Positions 20,324-28,929 of a stretch of 64,000 bases of DNA are shown here, piece by piece. Each line of letters begins with the position of its first letter. Within the stretch, counting starts at the first letter, position 1. Source of the stretch: Gemmatimonadota bacterium (GTDB lineage: Bacteria; Gemmatimonadota; Gemmatimonadetes; Longimicrobiales; Gaopeijiaceae). The stretch covers positions 2,912,001-2,976,000 of the forward strand of contig JAXHMG010000003.1 of the NCBI GenBank assembly GCA_034521595.1, read 5' to 3'. The notes under the pieces are model-generated. The model saw only the letters and a program-made list of their open reading frames with translations. It did not search any database and was not told the DNA's origin. Made by a program: the position numbers and the translations under genes.

Positions 20324-21067
20324 TCAGAATTGGCCGCGGACCCAGCGGTCCGTGGCTTGTAGCGTGGCCAGGATCGCGGCACGATCGGGTGAGCCTGTCA
20401 CCGGGGTCGCGCCGGACAGGGCCGTGATGTGGCGGCCGTTGATCGCGTGAACGGCGGTCAGCACGAAGGTGCGATCGAACGCTTCGACGACTTTCACTCC
20501 ATCGAGAGCGAGCGTTATCCCGCGTCGCTCGTCGTCGATGCGGGATCGGGCCGCGAGCTCCACGGCTCCGAGCGTGGCATGGCCGACGGCATCGAGCTTC
20601 GCCCGTGGAACATCGGCGGCAACGGCATCTCCAGTGAACACATCCCCGTCCCATTCGATATCGACGTGGTGCCGGATCCGACTCGCCTGTTCCGTCTCCA
20701 TCCGGTGGTCGATAAAGAGCAGCCGCGACTCCGTGAGGGCGGGCTCGGGCTCCGGAGTGACCGGAACCGGCGGCTCATCTCCGAAATCGGGGCCCGACGG
20801 CCGTGGCTCGTCGGTCTGTGCGACAGAGATCTTCCGATGATCGACCGAGAGATCGAAGTAGGAGAGGAGGGCCGACTCGACGTTGCGCACGGTCTGCTTG
20901 GGCTTGATCCCATCGGTGGTGAGCAGGTGGATCTCGTCGACGTCGCCACCCGGCCGAGCCACCACGCGGGCGGACAACACACCGTTCAAGGACGTCAGCA
21001 GCCGTTCGGCTTCCTGGATGGTCCATCGGGCTCGTGTTACGGGGTGACCGGTCACGTAAGTCTCCAT
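20324..21067 (-). CDS. Two-domain hypothetical; C-terminus resembles the LeuA/CimA allosteric domain
   Basis: N-domain DEIHLL...PKQTVRNVESAL...VDHRKISVAQ; Pro/acidic linker; C-domain ending LSGATPVTGSPDRAAILATLQATDR. Confidence 0.8.
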   Translation of the reverse strand: METYVTGHPVTRARWTIQEAERLLTSLNGVLSARVVARPGGDVDEIHLLTTDGIKPKQTVRNVESALLSYFDLSVDHRKISVAQTDEPRPSGPDFGDEPPVPVTPEPEPALTESRLLFIDHRMETEQASRIRHHVDIEWDGDVFTGDAVAADVPRAKLDAVGHATLGAVELAARSRIDDERRGITLALDGVKVVEAFDRTFVLTAVHAINGRHITALSGATPVTGSPDRAAILATLQATDRWVRGQF

Positions 21068-21417
21068 GATCCCGGCGGGCAGAGAACGAGCTCGCCGGGA
21101 TGGATGTCGGACCCGCCGTGTGTGACGGACGGGAGTTGGCGCGAAAATTCAGATGTTTACGGAAAACCGGGTACCTATATGCCGGGGCCCGAGCGAAGTC
21201 AACATTCAATCAGGTAAAGGGAAAAGTTCGATATGGTCACGGCGTTTCCCGGTGTATGGATGATGAGGATGATTCAAAAAAAAATACGCGCGGGGGCGCA
21301 AGATAGACGCGTCCGGATCCGCGTCGGACGAGACAAGGCCAAGGGGCCCCATCCGGCTATGGGGGCGCCCACTGTTGCAAGGCATGCTCATACGAATGCA
21401 AATCCGATGCCTGGAGC

Positions 21418-22052
21418 ATGTTCATGGATGGCTTCCCCCCTGGTCTCGTCCCCTCCGAGGGCAGCCTGTTGGACGAGCGAGCTCGACCTGATTTCAGGGA
21501 CCTGTTCGGTACCTTGGCGCGCCGCTCCGACACGATATCGACGGCCGTGACGAGAGTCCGGATCACGACCGTGGACCTGGCCCCGGAGGAGCTCGAAGGG
21601 GTCACGTCTCTTCGGGTTCTCGTGGCGGAGCTCAGCGCGCTACGGCTCGACGCCGAGGCCAGGACCTTGCAGGCCGACGAGCGGCGCCGGGCGAACGTGG
21701 GGCCGTTGCTCACGATGCTCGAAGACGGCCGGCTCGAAGTACGCTCGGCGCCTCTCGGAGGGTGGTCCCCGGACTTCACGGTGTTCTCCTCGGGAACCAC
21801 GCCGCACGGAGTGCTGTCCGGCTTCCATTGGTTCGAGCGACCGTACCCGCACCGGGGTCCGGCGCTCGCCTCACTTCACAGGGGAGATGCGGCACGGATG
21901 GCACGCAATCGGTTCGACGAGCTGTGGGAGCTGGCGCACGATGTCGGGCCGGCGGTGTGGAGCATTCTGGCCCGCGCGCTCGAACGGCCGGCCCGCGCCG
22001 GGGAGCGCGTGCTCCGAGCGTCGCCGTCCCGACGCGATCGGGGATCCGTTGA
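21418..22052 (+). CDS. Hypothetical, possibly degenerate PLD/TrmB-like fold; 3' end uncertain
   Basis: Protein-like first ~200 aa (LDERARPDFRD, WSPDFTVF, RFDELWELAHDV). The frame runs on through the tRNA, so an indel near 22000 is suspected; TGA at 22050-22052 is in an alternative frame. Confidence 0.6.
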
Positions 22053-22077
22053 CACCCTCGACTTCCGCGAGTTTATT
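22049..22077 (+). promoter_or_regulatory. Sigma70-type promoter for tRNA-Asn
   Basis: TTGACA-17 nt-TTTATT upstream of the tRNA. Confidence 0.6.
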
Positions 22078-22110
22078 AGGATTCCTGTGGGCTTTGTCAT
22101 CCCACACCGA

Positions 22111-22183
22111 TCCGGCGTAGCTCAGTTGGTAGAGCAGCTGACTGTTAATCAGCGGGTCACAGGTTCGAGTCCTGTCGCCGGAG
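22111..22183 (+). tRNA. tRNA-Asn (GTT)
   Basis: TCCGGCG/CGCCGGA acceptor stem, TAGCTCAGTTGGTAGAGC D arm, CTGTTAA anticodon loop, GGTTCGAGTCC T arm; CCA not encoded. Confidence 0.97.
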
Positions 22184-22233
22184 CTTCAGAAGTTGCTTAC
22201 CGACCGCGGCCCTCGTGGCTCAACAGCCCGCGG

Positions 22234-22992
22234 TCAGGGTGTTCGCGGGCCGCCTTCGCGCTCCAACCGCCCCGCAATCCACACGGTCCGGTACACGGCC
22301 GTGCCGGTCGTCCCCACGGCGAGCAGAACCACCAGGCCGAGCAGAAGGGACCCGGGTGCCCAGCCCAGCACGGACGTGACCGCGGGATCCAGGATCCCAC
22401 CGAAGCCGACGAGCAGCAGGCGCTCGGCGCGCTGCAGGATCCCGACCTTGCACACCACTCCGACGCTCTCGCCCCGGGCCCGGGCGTAGCTCACCAGCAG
22501 CGACCCGCCCAACGCGGTGGCCACCGCCGCCACCGCCCAGGCCTCGCTCCGGAACAGGACCGCGAGCCCGACGAGCGCCCCGACCTCCGCGAACCGGTCG
22601 AGCGTCGAGTCGAGGAAGGCGCCACGGTCGTCGGCCATGCCGCGTGCCCGGGCGATCCGTCCGTCGAGCACGTCCATGGCGCCGCCCAACAGCACTGCCC
22701 ACCCGGCCGGGTTCGTCCACCCCGCGGCGAACAGCGCGCCGCCGGCCACGCCGAACCCGACGCCGAGGAGGTTGAACGCGGTGGGCGAGAGCCGGAGCGC
22801 GAGGGCGCCACGCTCCACGGGCCCGACGAACCAGTAGAACCAACTCCGCACGAAGCCGCCGAGCACGAAGCCGCCGCGGTCGGAGATCTCGTGCGGATCG
22901 CGGCCCCGCCGCGCGGCGCCGAGCGCGTAGATCGGCATGGAGAGGACCGCGGCCGCCAGGATCATGACGAGAACGAGGATATCTGTGCGCAT
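22234..22992 (-). CDS. CDP-alcohol phosphatidyltransferase family
   Basis: DVLDGRIARARG...GAFLDSTLDR signature; LVSYARARGES, RAERL (PgsA/PIPS-like). Confidence 0.92.
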   Translation of the reverse strand: MRTDILVLVMILAAAVLSMPIYALGAARRGRDPHEISDRGGFVLGGFVRSWFYWFVGPVERGALALRLSPTAFNLLGVGFGVAGGALFAAGWTNPAGWAVLLGGAMDVLDGRIARARGMADDRGAFLDSTLDRFAEVGALVGLAVLFRSEAWAVAAVATALGGSLLVSYARARGESVGVVCKVGILQRAERLLLVGFGGILDPAVTSVLGWAPGSLLLGLVVLLAVGTTGTAVYRTVWIAGRLEREGGPRTP

Positions 22993-23954
22993 CAGGAATC
23001 CCGGCGCGAGGGGCGCGTGCACAGGACGTACACCGCACGCGGCCACAGGAAGAGAAGGGGGAGCTTTCGCTCCAGCGGGGTGAGATGGATCTCCCGGCCG
23101 GTGTGTCGTTCGACCTTGCGCACGACGTACGGAAGCCAGTTGGCGAAGGTCACCGTGTGCTTGAGCCAGCGAAGCGTGGCCCGGAGCTTGGACCGGCGGA
23201 AATGGCGCCTCCAGCGGCGCGCATCCCTTCGGCCGGGCGCGGTCCGCAGGCAATATCCTTCGCCCGAAGGCCGCACGATCCCCTCCTGCTCCGCCTCCTC
23301 GAGCACCGGCCCGAACGCCCGCTCGAAGTGGGGCGCCTGAGCCTGAAAGATCTGCTCCGCCCGGTCACCGGCTTCGGGGCGCAGCTCGCCCCGGTAGCAG
23401 ACCTCCAGCATCCGGCGTCCCAACGCCTGCGCGTCGAACGACGCCTCCAGGTAGGGAGCCATCCAGCGCAGCACGCCTCGGTGAGCCGCGCGGATCCGCT
23501 CGTCGACCCATCGCGCGTCGGCCTCCGTGCGCGCCCAGGTGACCGCGACCTTCTGGACCAGGCGGCCGAGCAGAAAGTGGTCCGGCGGGTTCGGCCCGAG
23601 CGCCCGCTCGAAGTGGTCGGAGCGGACGACGAGACACTTCGCGATCGCCGCGCGGCCCTCCTCCGGTGCGAACGCGATCACGTTGGGCGGAAGCACGTGC
23701 GCGAGCGCGGACATGAGCCACGGGGGGCGCGGCAGCTCGCCCGCGGCCGAAAGCGCGCGATGGAACGCACGGTAGTCGTCCACCACGACCACGAGGTCGA
23801 CCGCGCTGTGCCGGTCGGGCGCCGCGGAGCGAAGCAGGTGCGAGCCGTACAGGAGGATGGCTCGCACGGTCCCGTCGCTCGCGCGGACGAGCGCTCGAGC
23901 CAGCTCTTCGGCCGGCGTGCTCGCCGCGCCACTCTCCGGGACCGGTGTGCTCAC
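22992..23954 (-). CDS. Tam41/Mmp37-like nucleotidyltransferase (putative phosphatidate cytidylyltransferase)
   Basis: LLYGS...VDLVVVVDD NTase motif; FLLGRLVQKV and CYRGELRPE parallel Tam41 LAGRLQKPV and SYxGDxR; overlaps both neighbours. Confidence 0.65.
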   Translation of the reverse strand: MSTPVPESGAASTPAEELARALVRASDGTVRAILLYGSHLLRSAAPDRHSAVDLVVVVDDYRAFHRALSAAGELPRPPWLMSALAHVLPPNVIAFAPEEGRAAIAKCLVVRSDHFERALGPNPPDHFLLGRLVQKVAVTWARTEADARWVDERIRAAHRGVLRWMAPYLEASFDAQALGRRMLEVCYRGELRPEAGDRAEQIFQAQAPHFERAFGPVLEEAEQEGIVRPSGEGYCLRTAPGRRDARRWRRHFRRSKLRATLRWLKHTVTFANWLPYVVRKVERHTGREIHLTPLERKLPLLFLWPRAVYVLCTRPSRRDS

Positions 23955-24724
23955 GCCGGTTGGCCTTCGGCGCGCATCCGTGCGAGCTCACGTTCCATGA
24001 GCGCGCGGACCTCTTCCAGGAAGGCGGCGGGGTCCGCGCGCGGGTCGTCCCAGTCGAGCACGCCGGCGAGGGCGACGTCCCCGTGAATCCCGTCCATCCC
24101 CTTGAGGAAGTCCTTGAAGCGTGGCTTCTGCCAGAACCCGTCGGCGACGAGGACGTAGACCTTCCACGGGCGGGCACGGAGCAACAGGCTCACCCCTTTG
24201 GTCCGGAACCGCCGGATGTGGCCGTCCCGGCTGCGGCTCCCCTCCGGGAAGACGGCGATGGGCACGTCCGAGGTCCGCGCGGCGTCCCGGAGCTCCTTGT
24301 ACGTCCTACGCATCGCGCCGGCGTTTGCTGAAGGGTCCACCAACGGGTATTGATAGAGCCTCGTCATCTGCGAGATTTGCGGGATCCAGCGCCCGTAGCG
24401 CTTGCGTGTGACGATGCGCGGATACCCGTCTTCGACCGACTGAACGAGGAGCGGGATGTCGAAGAGGGATTGGTGGTTCATGAGAATGAGCACCCCCGGC
24501 TCGGCTGGAACCACGCGGTCGGGAACCGGGATGTGGGCGCCACCAATCCGCACGATGGGCCGGGTGACGACCCGAGCCATGAAGTTGATCCACGAGGTGA
24601 GGACCGGAGCACGCCGGGACGGGCGAAGGCGCACCCAGGGCGTGATCACGAAGCGTTGGACGGGATCGGAGAGGAGTAGTCCGAGGCAGACGACCGCCAG
24701 GGCCACATATCCTCGAAGCTTCAC
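23951..24724 (-). CDS. Lysophospholipid acyltransferase (PlsC family)
   Basis: NHQSLFD and FPEGSRS motifs; GTG start at 24724. Confidence 0.9.
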   Translation of the reverse strand: MKLRGYVALAVVCLGLLLSDPVQRFVITPWVRLRPSRRAPVLTSWINFMARVVTRPIVRIGGAHIPVPDRVVPAEPGVLILMNHQSLFDIPLLVQSVEDGYPRIVTRKRYGRWIPQISQMTRLYQYPLVDPSANAGAMRRTYKELRDAARTSDVPIAVFPEGSRSRDGHIRRFRTKGVSLLLRARPWKVYVLVADGFWQKPRFKDFLKGMDGIHGDVALAGVLDWDDPRADPAAFLEEVRALMERELARMRAEGQPA

Positions 24725-24832
24725 GTGGAACGGCTCCGGCGAACCAGGGTGCCCAACGGAATCAACCGTCGAATCGAGGGTGAGCGCGAACGCTAACCGG
24801 TGTCGGCGGCCATCATCAAGACGAAAGGTGAC

Positions 24833-25504
24833 ATGAGCGACGTCCAGTACACGTACTACGGCTTCGACTACTGCATCGGGGGCTACTTCGAGATGGCCAC
24901 GTCGGAGGCCCGGAAGGTCCTTCCTTCGCACCTCGAACCCCTGGAGAAGCAACACGAGCGGAGCATCTTCGCGATCACCGTGTTCCGCTTCACGGAGAGC
25001 GAAGTCGGCGCGTACGACGAGGTCGTGCTGGCGGTGGTGGTTCCGCCGATGGTCGAGCCCGGCAAGCCGCTTCCGAAGGCGGCCATGTATCCTTTCATGG
25101 TGGGAACGTCCACCCGAGCGGCGCGCGAGCACGCGATGGAGCGGTGGCACCTGCCGCACGTGATGAAGGACCTCGACATGGACTTCCAGGAATCCGACGG
25201 AACGATGACGGTGCGCGTACGCGACGACGCCACCCCTGTCCTCGACCTGGTGGTGACCGAGTTCGAGTTCGAGCCGGCCCGCAATCAGTACAACGTCTTC
25301 ACGATCGACGGCGAGGAGCGCTTCAAGGTCGACATTTACATGGAAGCGCCCCACTCGGAGCACGAAGAGGAGCGCGGCGAGCTCACGCTCCACGATCACC
25401 CGCTCCTGGCCGGCCTCGATCCGCTGGAGATCGAGCGGTATCCCTTCCGCGAAGAGTGGTACCAGAAGGGCCTGCAGACCTTCGAGGAGTTGGAATCGAT
25501 CTGA
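24833..25504 (+). CDS. Acetoacetate-decarboxylase-like (ADC fold) protein
   Basis: ARKVLPSHLEP, SEVGAYDEVVL, AMERWHLP resemble the ADC superfamily; His at the usual catalytic Lys position. Confidence 0.65.
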   Translation: MSDVQYTYYGFDYCIGGYFEMATSEARKVLPSHLEPLEKQHERSIFAITVFRFTESEVGAYDEVVLAVVVPPMVEPGKPLPKAAMYPFMVGTSTRAAREHAMERWHLPHVMKDLDMDFQESDGTMTVRVRDDATPVLDLVVTEFEFEPARNQYNVFTIDGEERFKVDIYMEAPHSEHEEERGELTLHDHPLLAGLDPLEIERYPFREEWYQKGLQTFEELESI

Positions 25505-26484
25505 CCGAGCGCCGCCGCCACTTCGTGATCTTCAACCCCGCCTCGGGAAGGGGCCGGGGACGACGGAGGATCTCCCGATACAAGCGCTTGCTCGAGCGCG
25601 CGATCCCTGACGTCAGGTTCGCGGCGACGGCGCGGGCCGGGGACGAGCGCGATCTCACTGAGCGTGCGCTCGCCGACGGGTACGACGTGGTGGTCGCGGT
25701 GGGGGGGGACGGGACGTGGAGCAACGTGGCCGATCGGATCGTCGCCAGCGGGCGGTCCGACGTCGCGTTCGGGGTGCTGCCGAGCGGGACCGGAAACGAT
25801 TTCGGACGCAACCTGGGGTTCCGACCCGACGACGCCGCCGAAGCGGTTCGGGCACTGGCCGGGGGAACCATCCGCCACGTGGACGTGGGACGCCTCGAGA
25901 CGCCGAGCGCGTCCGAGCACCACCCGGATCGATTCGAAGCGCGGCACTTTCTGAACCTCGTGGGCTTCGGGTTCGATATCGCGGTCATCGACGCCGCCGC
26001 GCGTGCTCGCTTTCTCAGAGGCGAGTTGCTCTACAAGGCGACCGCCCTCGGTGAGCTCTTCCGGTTTCCGGGCACCGACATCCGTATCGAGACGGGGAGC
26101 GGAAGCGTGCGTGAAGGACGCTACCTCATGTTGACGATCTCCAACGGGTGCTATTTCGGGGGAGGATTCCCGATCGCGCCCGGTGCCACCGTCGACGACG
26201 GGAAGCTGCACGGATGCCGGATCGTCGACGCCGGTCCCCTCGAGCGGCTCCGGCTCTTCAACCGAGCCGGAAAGGGTCGCCACCTCGGGTCGGAAGGGGT
26301 AGAAGTGCTCGACGACGACCGCTTCACCGTGACGTTCGCCTCGCCGCCCCGCTTCGAGATGGACGGCGAGGTGCGGGTCGCGGCGGAATCCACGCTGGAG
26401 GTCACGATCATGCCGGGGGCGCTTCCGGTCATCGTGCCCGCCAACGCCGAGGTTCCGGCGGGAGCCGAACCCCGGTCCGGCTGA
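25501..26484 (+). CDS. Diacylglycerol/sphingosine kinase family (YegS/DgkB-like)
   Basis: IFNPASG, VGGDGT, LPSGTGNDF, GFGFD, YFGGG, EMDGE. Start uncertain (CTG 25501 or GTG 25525). Confidence 0.9.
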   Translation: MTERRRHFVIFNPASGRGRGRRRISRYKRLLERAIPDVRFAATARAGDERDLTERALADGYDVVVAVGGDGTWSNVADRIVASGRSDVAFGVLPSGTGNDFGRNLGFRPDDAAEAVRALAGGTIRHVDVGRLETPSASEHHPDRFEARHFLNLVGFGFDIAVIDAAARARFLRGELLYKATALGELFRFPGTDIRIETGSGSVREGRYLMLTISNGCYFGGGFPIAPGATVDDGKLHGCRIVDAGPLERLRLFNRAGKGRHLGSEGVEVLDDDRFTVTFASPPRFEMDGEVRVAAESTLEVTIMPGALPVIVPANAEVPAGAEPRSG

Positions 26485-26492
26485 GGGTGGGG

Positions 26493-26513
26493 GCACTCTG
26501 TGACGCAGAGTGC
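26493..26513. promoter_or_regulatory. Inverted-repeat operator upstream of the membrane protein/regulator/uppS operon
   Basis: GCACTCTG-N5-CAGAGTGC directly followed by TTGACG (-35-like). Confidence 0.55.
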
Positions 26514-26548
26514 TTGACGATACCGTTTCAGCTACCGATCGTGACGGC

Positions 26549-27166
26549 ATGAGTCTGCCCGCACACAAGCTCCGGTCCACCGAGAAGCCCCCGCTCGCCC
26601 TGCACGACCGGGCGATGGACGATCTCCGTTACATCCGTGAGACGATGGAGCGGTCCGCCTCGTTCACGCACGTGTCCGGCATGGGCGTGATCGCGATGGG
26701 CTGCATCGCCCTCGGGGCCGGGGTCGCCGCGTGGGGCACGACCGAGCTCTGGTCCTGGCTCGGCATCTGGCTGGGGGCTGCGATCGTCTCGTTCGCCGCG
26801 GCCATCTATCTGATGGACCGCAAGTCCCGCTCGGAGGGCATGACCCTTCTGACCGGGCCCGGGCGCAAGTTCGCGTGGAACGTAGTGCCGCCCCTGGTGG
26901 TGGGAGCGGTCTTGACCGTAGGGTCCTTGCGCGTGGGCGCCGTGAGCCTCCTTCCGGGTAGCTGGCTCATGCTCTACGGGGCCGCGGTCGTGGCGGCCGG
27001 CTCCCATTCGGTACGTCCGGTGCCGGTGATGGGGGTCTCGTTCATGGCCGTGGGGATCGCGGCGCTCCTGAGCCCACCAGCCTGGGGCGACGCATTCATG
27101 GCCGCGGGCTTCGGGGGCCTCCACTTGCTTTTCGGCCTCGTCATCTGGAGGCGGCATGGGGGCTGA
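26549..27166 (+). CDS. Hypothetical multi-pass membrane protein
   Basis: DDLRYIRETMERS, about 6 TM segments, GFGGLHLLFG. Confidence 0.8.
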   Translation: MSLPAHKLRSTEKPPLALHDRAMDDLRYIRETMERSASFTHVSGMGVIAMGCIALGAGVAAWGTTELWSWLGIWLGAAIVSFAAAIYLMDRKSRSEGMTLLTGPGRKFAWNVVPPLVVGAVLTVGSLRVGAVSLLPGSWLMLYGAAVVAAGSHSVRPVPVMGVSFMAVGIAALLSPPAWGDAFMAAGFGGLHLLFGLVIWRRHGG

Positions 27167-27560
27167 GCGCGACGCGGCCCCGAAAGCCGTAGGACGACTC
27201 GAAGGAGAGCCGGGTGGGCTCGCCTCGGTCGAGGGTCATCCGGAAGGGTCCGCGCTCGAGCTGGACCGGCTCATTCACGAACGGGCCAGGCTCGGTATCG
27301 TCAGCGCGCTCGCCGTCAACGGGTCCCTCACCTTCACGGATCTGCGAGCGCTTCTCGGGACGAGCGACGGGAATCTGAGCGCGCACGCGCGCAGGCTGGA
27401 GGACGCGGGGTACGTCCTTTGCAGGAAGACGTTCGACGGGCGCACGCCACGCACGGAATATCGGCTGACGGCGCTCGGAAAACGGGAACTCGAGGCCTAT
27501 CTGGAACATATGGAGGCCATCATTCACGCGACTCGCGAACAGGCGGAGGGCTCGGAGTGA
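27156..27560 (+). CDS. Winged-helix transcriptional regulator (HTH_34/ArsR-MarR-like)
   Basis: [17 protein letters not shown]...[18 protein letters not shown]...[11 protein letters not shown]. Confidence 0.9.
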   Translation: MGAERDAAPKAVGRLEGEPGGLASVEGHPEGSALELDRLIHERARLGIVSALAVNGSLTFTDLRALLGTSDGNLSAHARRLEDAGYVLCRKTFDGRTPRTEYRLTALGKRELEAYLEHMEAIIHATREQAEGSE

Positions 27561-27600
27561 CGGAACGCTCACACGTCATCCAGATCCGGGACGGAACGGC

Positions 27601-28329
27601 ATGACCGAGACTCCTTCACGCAACGGTGACCATGACGGCCTGCACGTGGGCATCATCATGGACGGCAACGGGCGGTGGGCAACCGCGCGCAAGCGCCCCC
27701 GAGAATGGGGTCATCGGCAGGGTGCGCGCGCCGTGCGCCGCATCGTCGAGGCAGCACCCGACCTGGGTATCCACACCCTGACTCTGTACGCCTTCTCCTC
27801 CGACAACTGGCAGCGGCCGGAGCGAGAGGTCGGCTTGCTGATGAAGCTGTTCGGCCGCTACCTGCGCAGCGAGACCGACGAGCTCGCGGAGAACGGGGTC
27901 GAGCTGAAGGTCGTCGGACGCCGGGATCGGTTGGACGGACCGCTCGTCTGTTCCATCGAGCAGGCCGAGGCCCGAACCCGCGGAGGACGGCGGATGCGCC
28001 TGCGCTTGGCCGTGGACTACTCCGCACGGGATGTGATCACCGCCGCGGTTCACGAGGGCGTGCGGCAGGGCGGCACCGACCGGGAGGGCCTCGCCGCGCT
28101 TCTCGGACGGGCGATGAACGATACCGGTCCGGCGTCCGACGTGGATTTGCTGATCCGGACCGGGGGGGAGCAACGGCTCAGCGACTTCCTCCTCTGGGAG
28201 TGCGCGTACGCCGAGCTCCTGTTCACCCCGCGCATGTGGCCCGACTTCGATGCCGAGGAGCTGGAGCAGGCGGTAGAGGAGTACCGGAGCCGCGATCGCC
28301 GCTTCGGGAGGGTCGCGCTCGCGGTGTGA
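27601..28329 (+). CDS. uppS: cis-prenyltransferase (undecaprenyl diphosphate synthase family)
   Basis: [44 protein letters not shown]. Confidence 0.95.
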   Translation: MTETPSRNGDHDGLHVGIIMDGNGRWATARKRPREWGHRQGARAVRRIVEAAPDLGIHTLTLYAFSSDNWQRPEREVGLLMKLFGRYLRSETDELAENGVELKVVGRRDRLDGPLVCSIEQAEARTRGGRRMRLRLAVDYSARDVITAAVHEGVRQGGTDREGLAALLGRAMNDTGPASDVDLLIRTGGEQRLSDFLLWECAYAELLFTPRMWPDFDAEELEQAVEEYRSRDRRFGRVALAV

Positions 28330-28415
28330 CGGCACGGCGTAAAGCCGGTGACGCGCCCGGCCCGGTCCACCGTCCCTGACCTTGCCCGAGGACCTCGGCC
28401 GCCGATCTTTCGAGC

Positions 28416-28880
28416 ATGACCGACACACCCGAAGCCGGCACACCGATCGCCGAAACCACGCTCACGGTCCGAAGCTCCGAGCTCGACTCGTTCGGACACG
28501 TGAACCATGCCGTGTTTCTCAACTATTTCGAGCACGCCCGGTTCGAGGCGCTGGAGCGTGCGGGCTTCTCCTGGTCGTCGCTCGAAGCCTACGGCTGGGG
28601 CATCTACGTGGTCCGGATCGAGGTCGACTACGTCGCGGAAGCTCGGCGGGGCGACGAGCTCCGGGTCCGGACCTGGGCCGAGGGGTTCCGGCGCACCAGC
28701 ATGGTGCTCGCTCAAACCCTCGACCGGGTCGAGGCGGACGGAAGCGAGACGCGGGTCGCCCGTGCTCGGGTCACGGCCGTGTGGGTGGGCCCCGACCGGA
28801 AGCCGATGCGAGTCCCCGACGAAGTGCGTGCGGGACTCACCGGAAGCGGAGACCCGGCGGTCGCGACGCGCCCGGGATGA
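28416..28880 (+). CDS. Acyl-CoA thioesterase (4HBT/YbgC family)
   Basis: VRSSELDSFGHVNHAVFLNYFEHAR. Confidence 0.9.
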   Translation: MTDTPEAGTPIAETTLTVRSSELDSFGHVNHAVFLNYFEHARFEALERAGFSWSSLEAYGWGIYVVRIEVDYVAEARRGDELRVRTWAEGFRRTSMVLAQTLDRVEADGSETRVARARVTAVWVGPDRKPMRVPDEVRAGLTGSGDPAVATRPG

Positions 28881-28929
28881 CACCGGAGCGTCGGCAGCCA
28901 CTTCTCACGCGCGCCCAATGGAGAAACCG

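Noticed and set aside
20107-20382. 91-aa and 78-aa minus-strand ORFs overlapping the peptide region
   Set aside because: No convincing SD and non-protein-like composition; the perfect SD points to the 24-aa frame.
22111-22183. tRNA as the integration site of an island holding the signalling locus
   Set aside because: No integrase and no duplicated tRNA 3' end noticed in the window.
21418-23340. 640-aa ORF as a single protein
   Set aside because: It runs through a clear tRNA and antisense to two real genes; only the first ~200 aa look genuine.
24717-24732. parS-like AGCTTCACGTGGAACG, and a weaker match near 59400
   Set aside because: Imperfect arms overlapping coding sequence; could be chance or weak sites.
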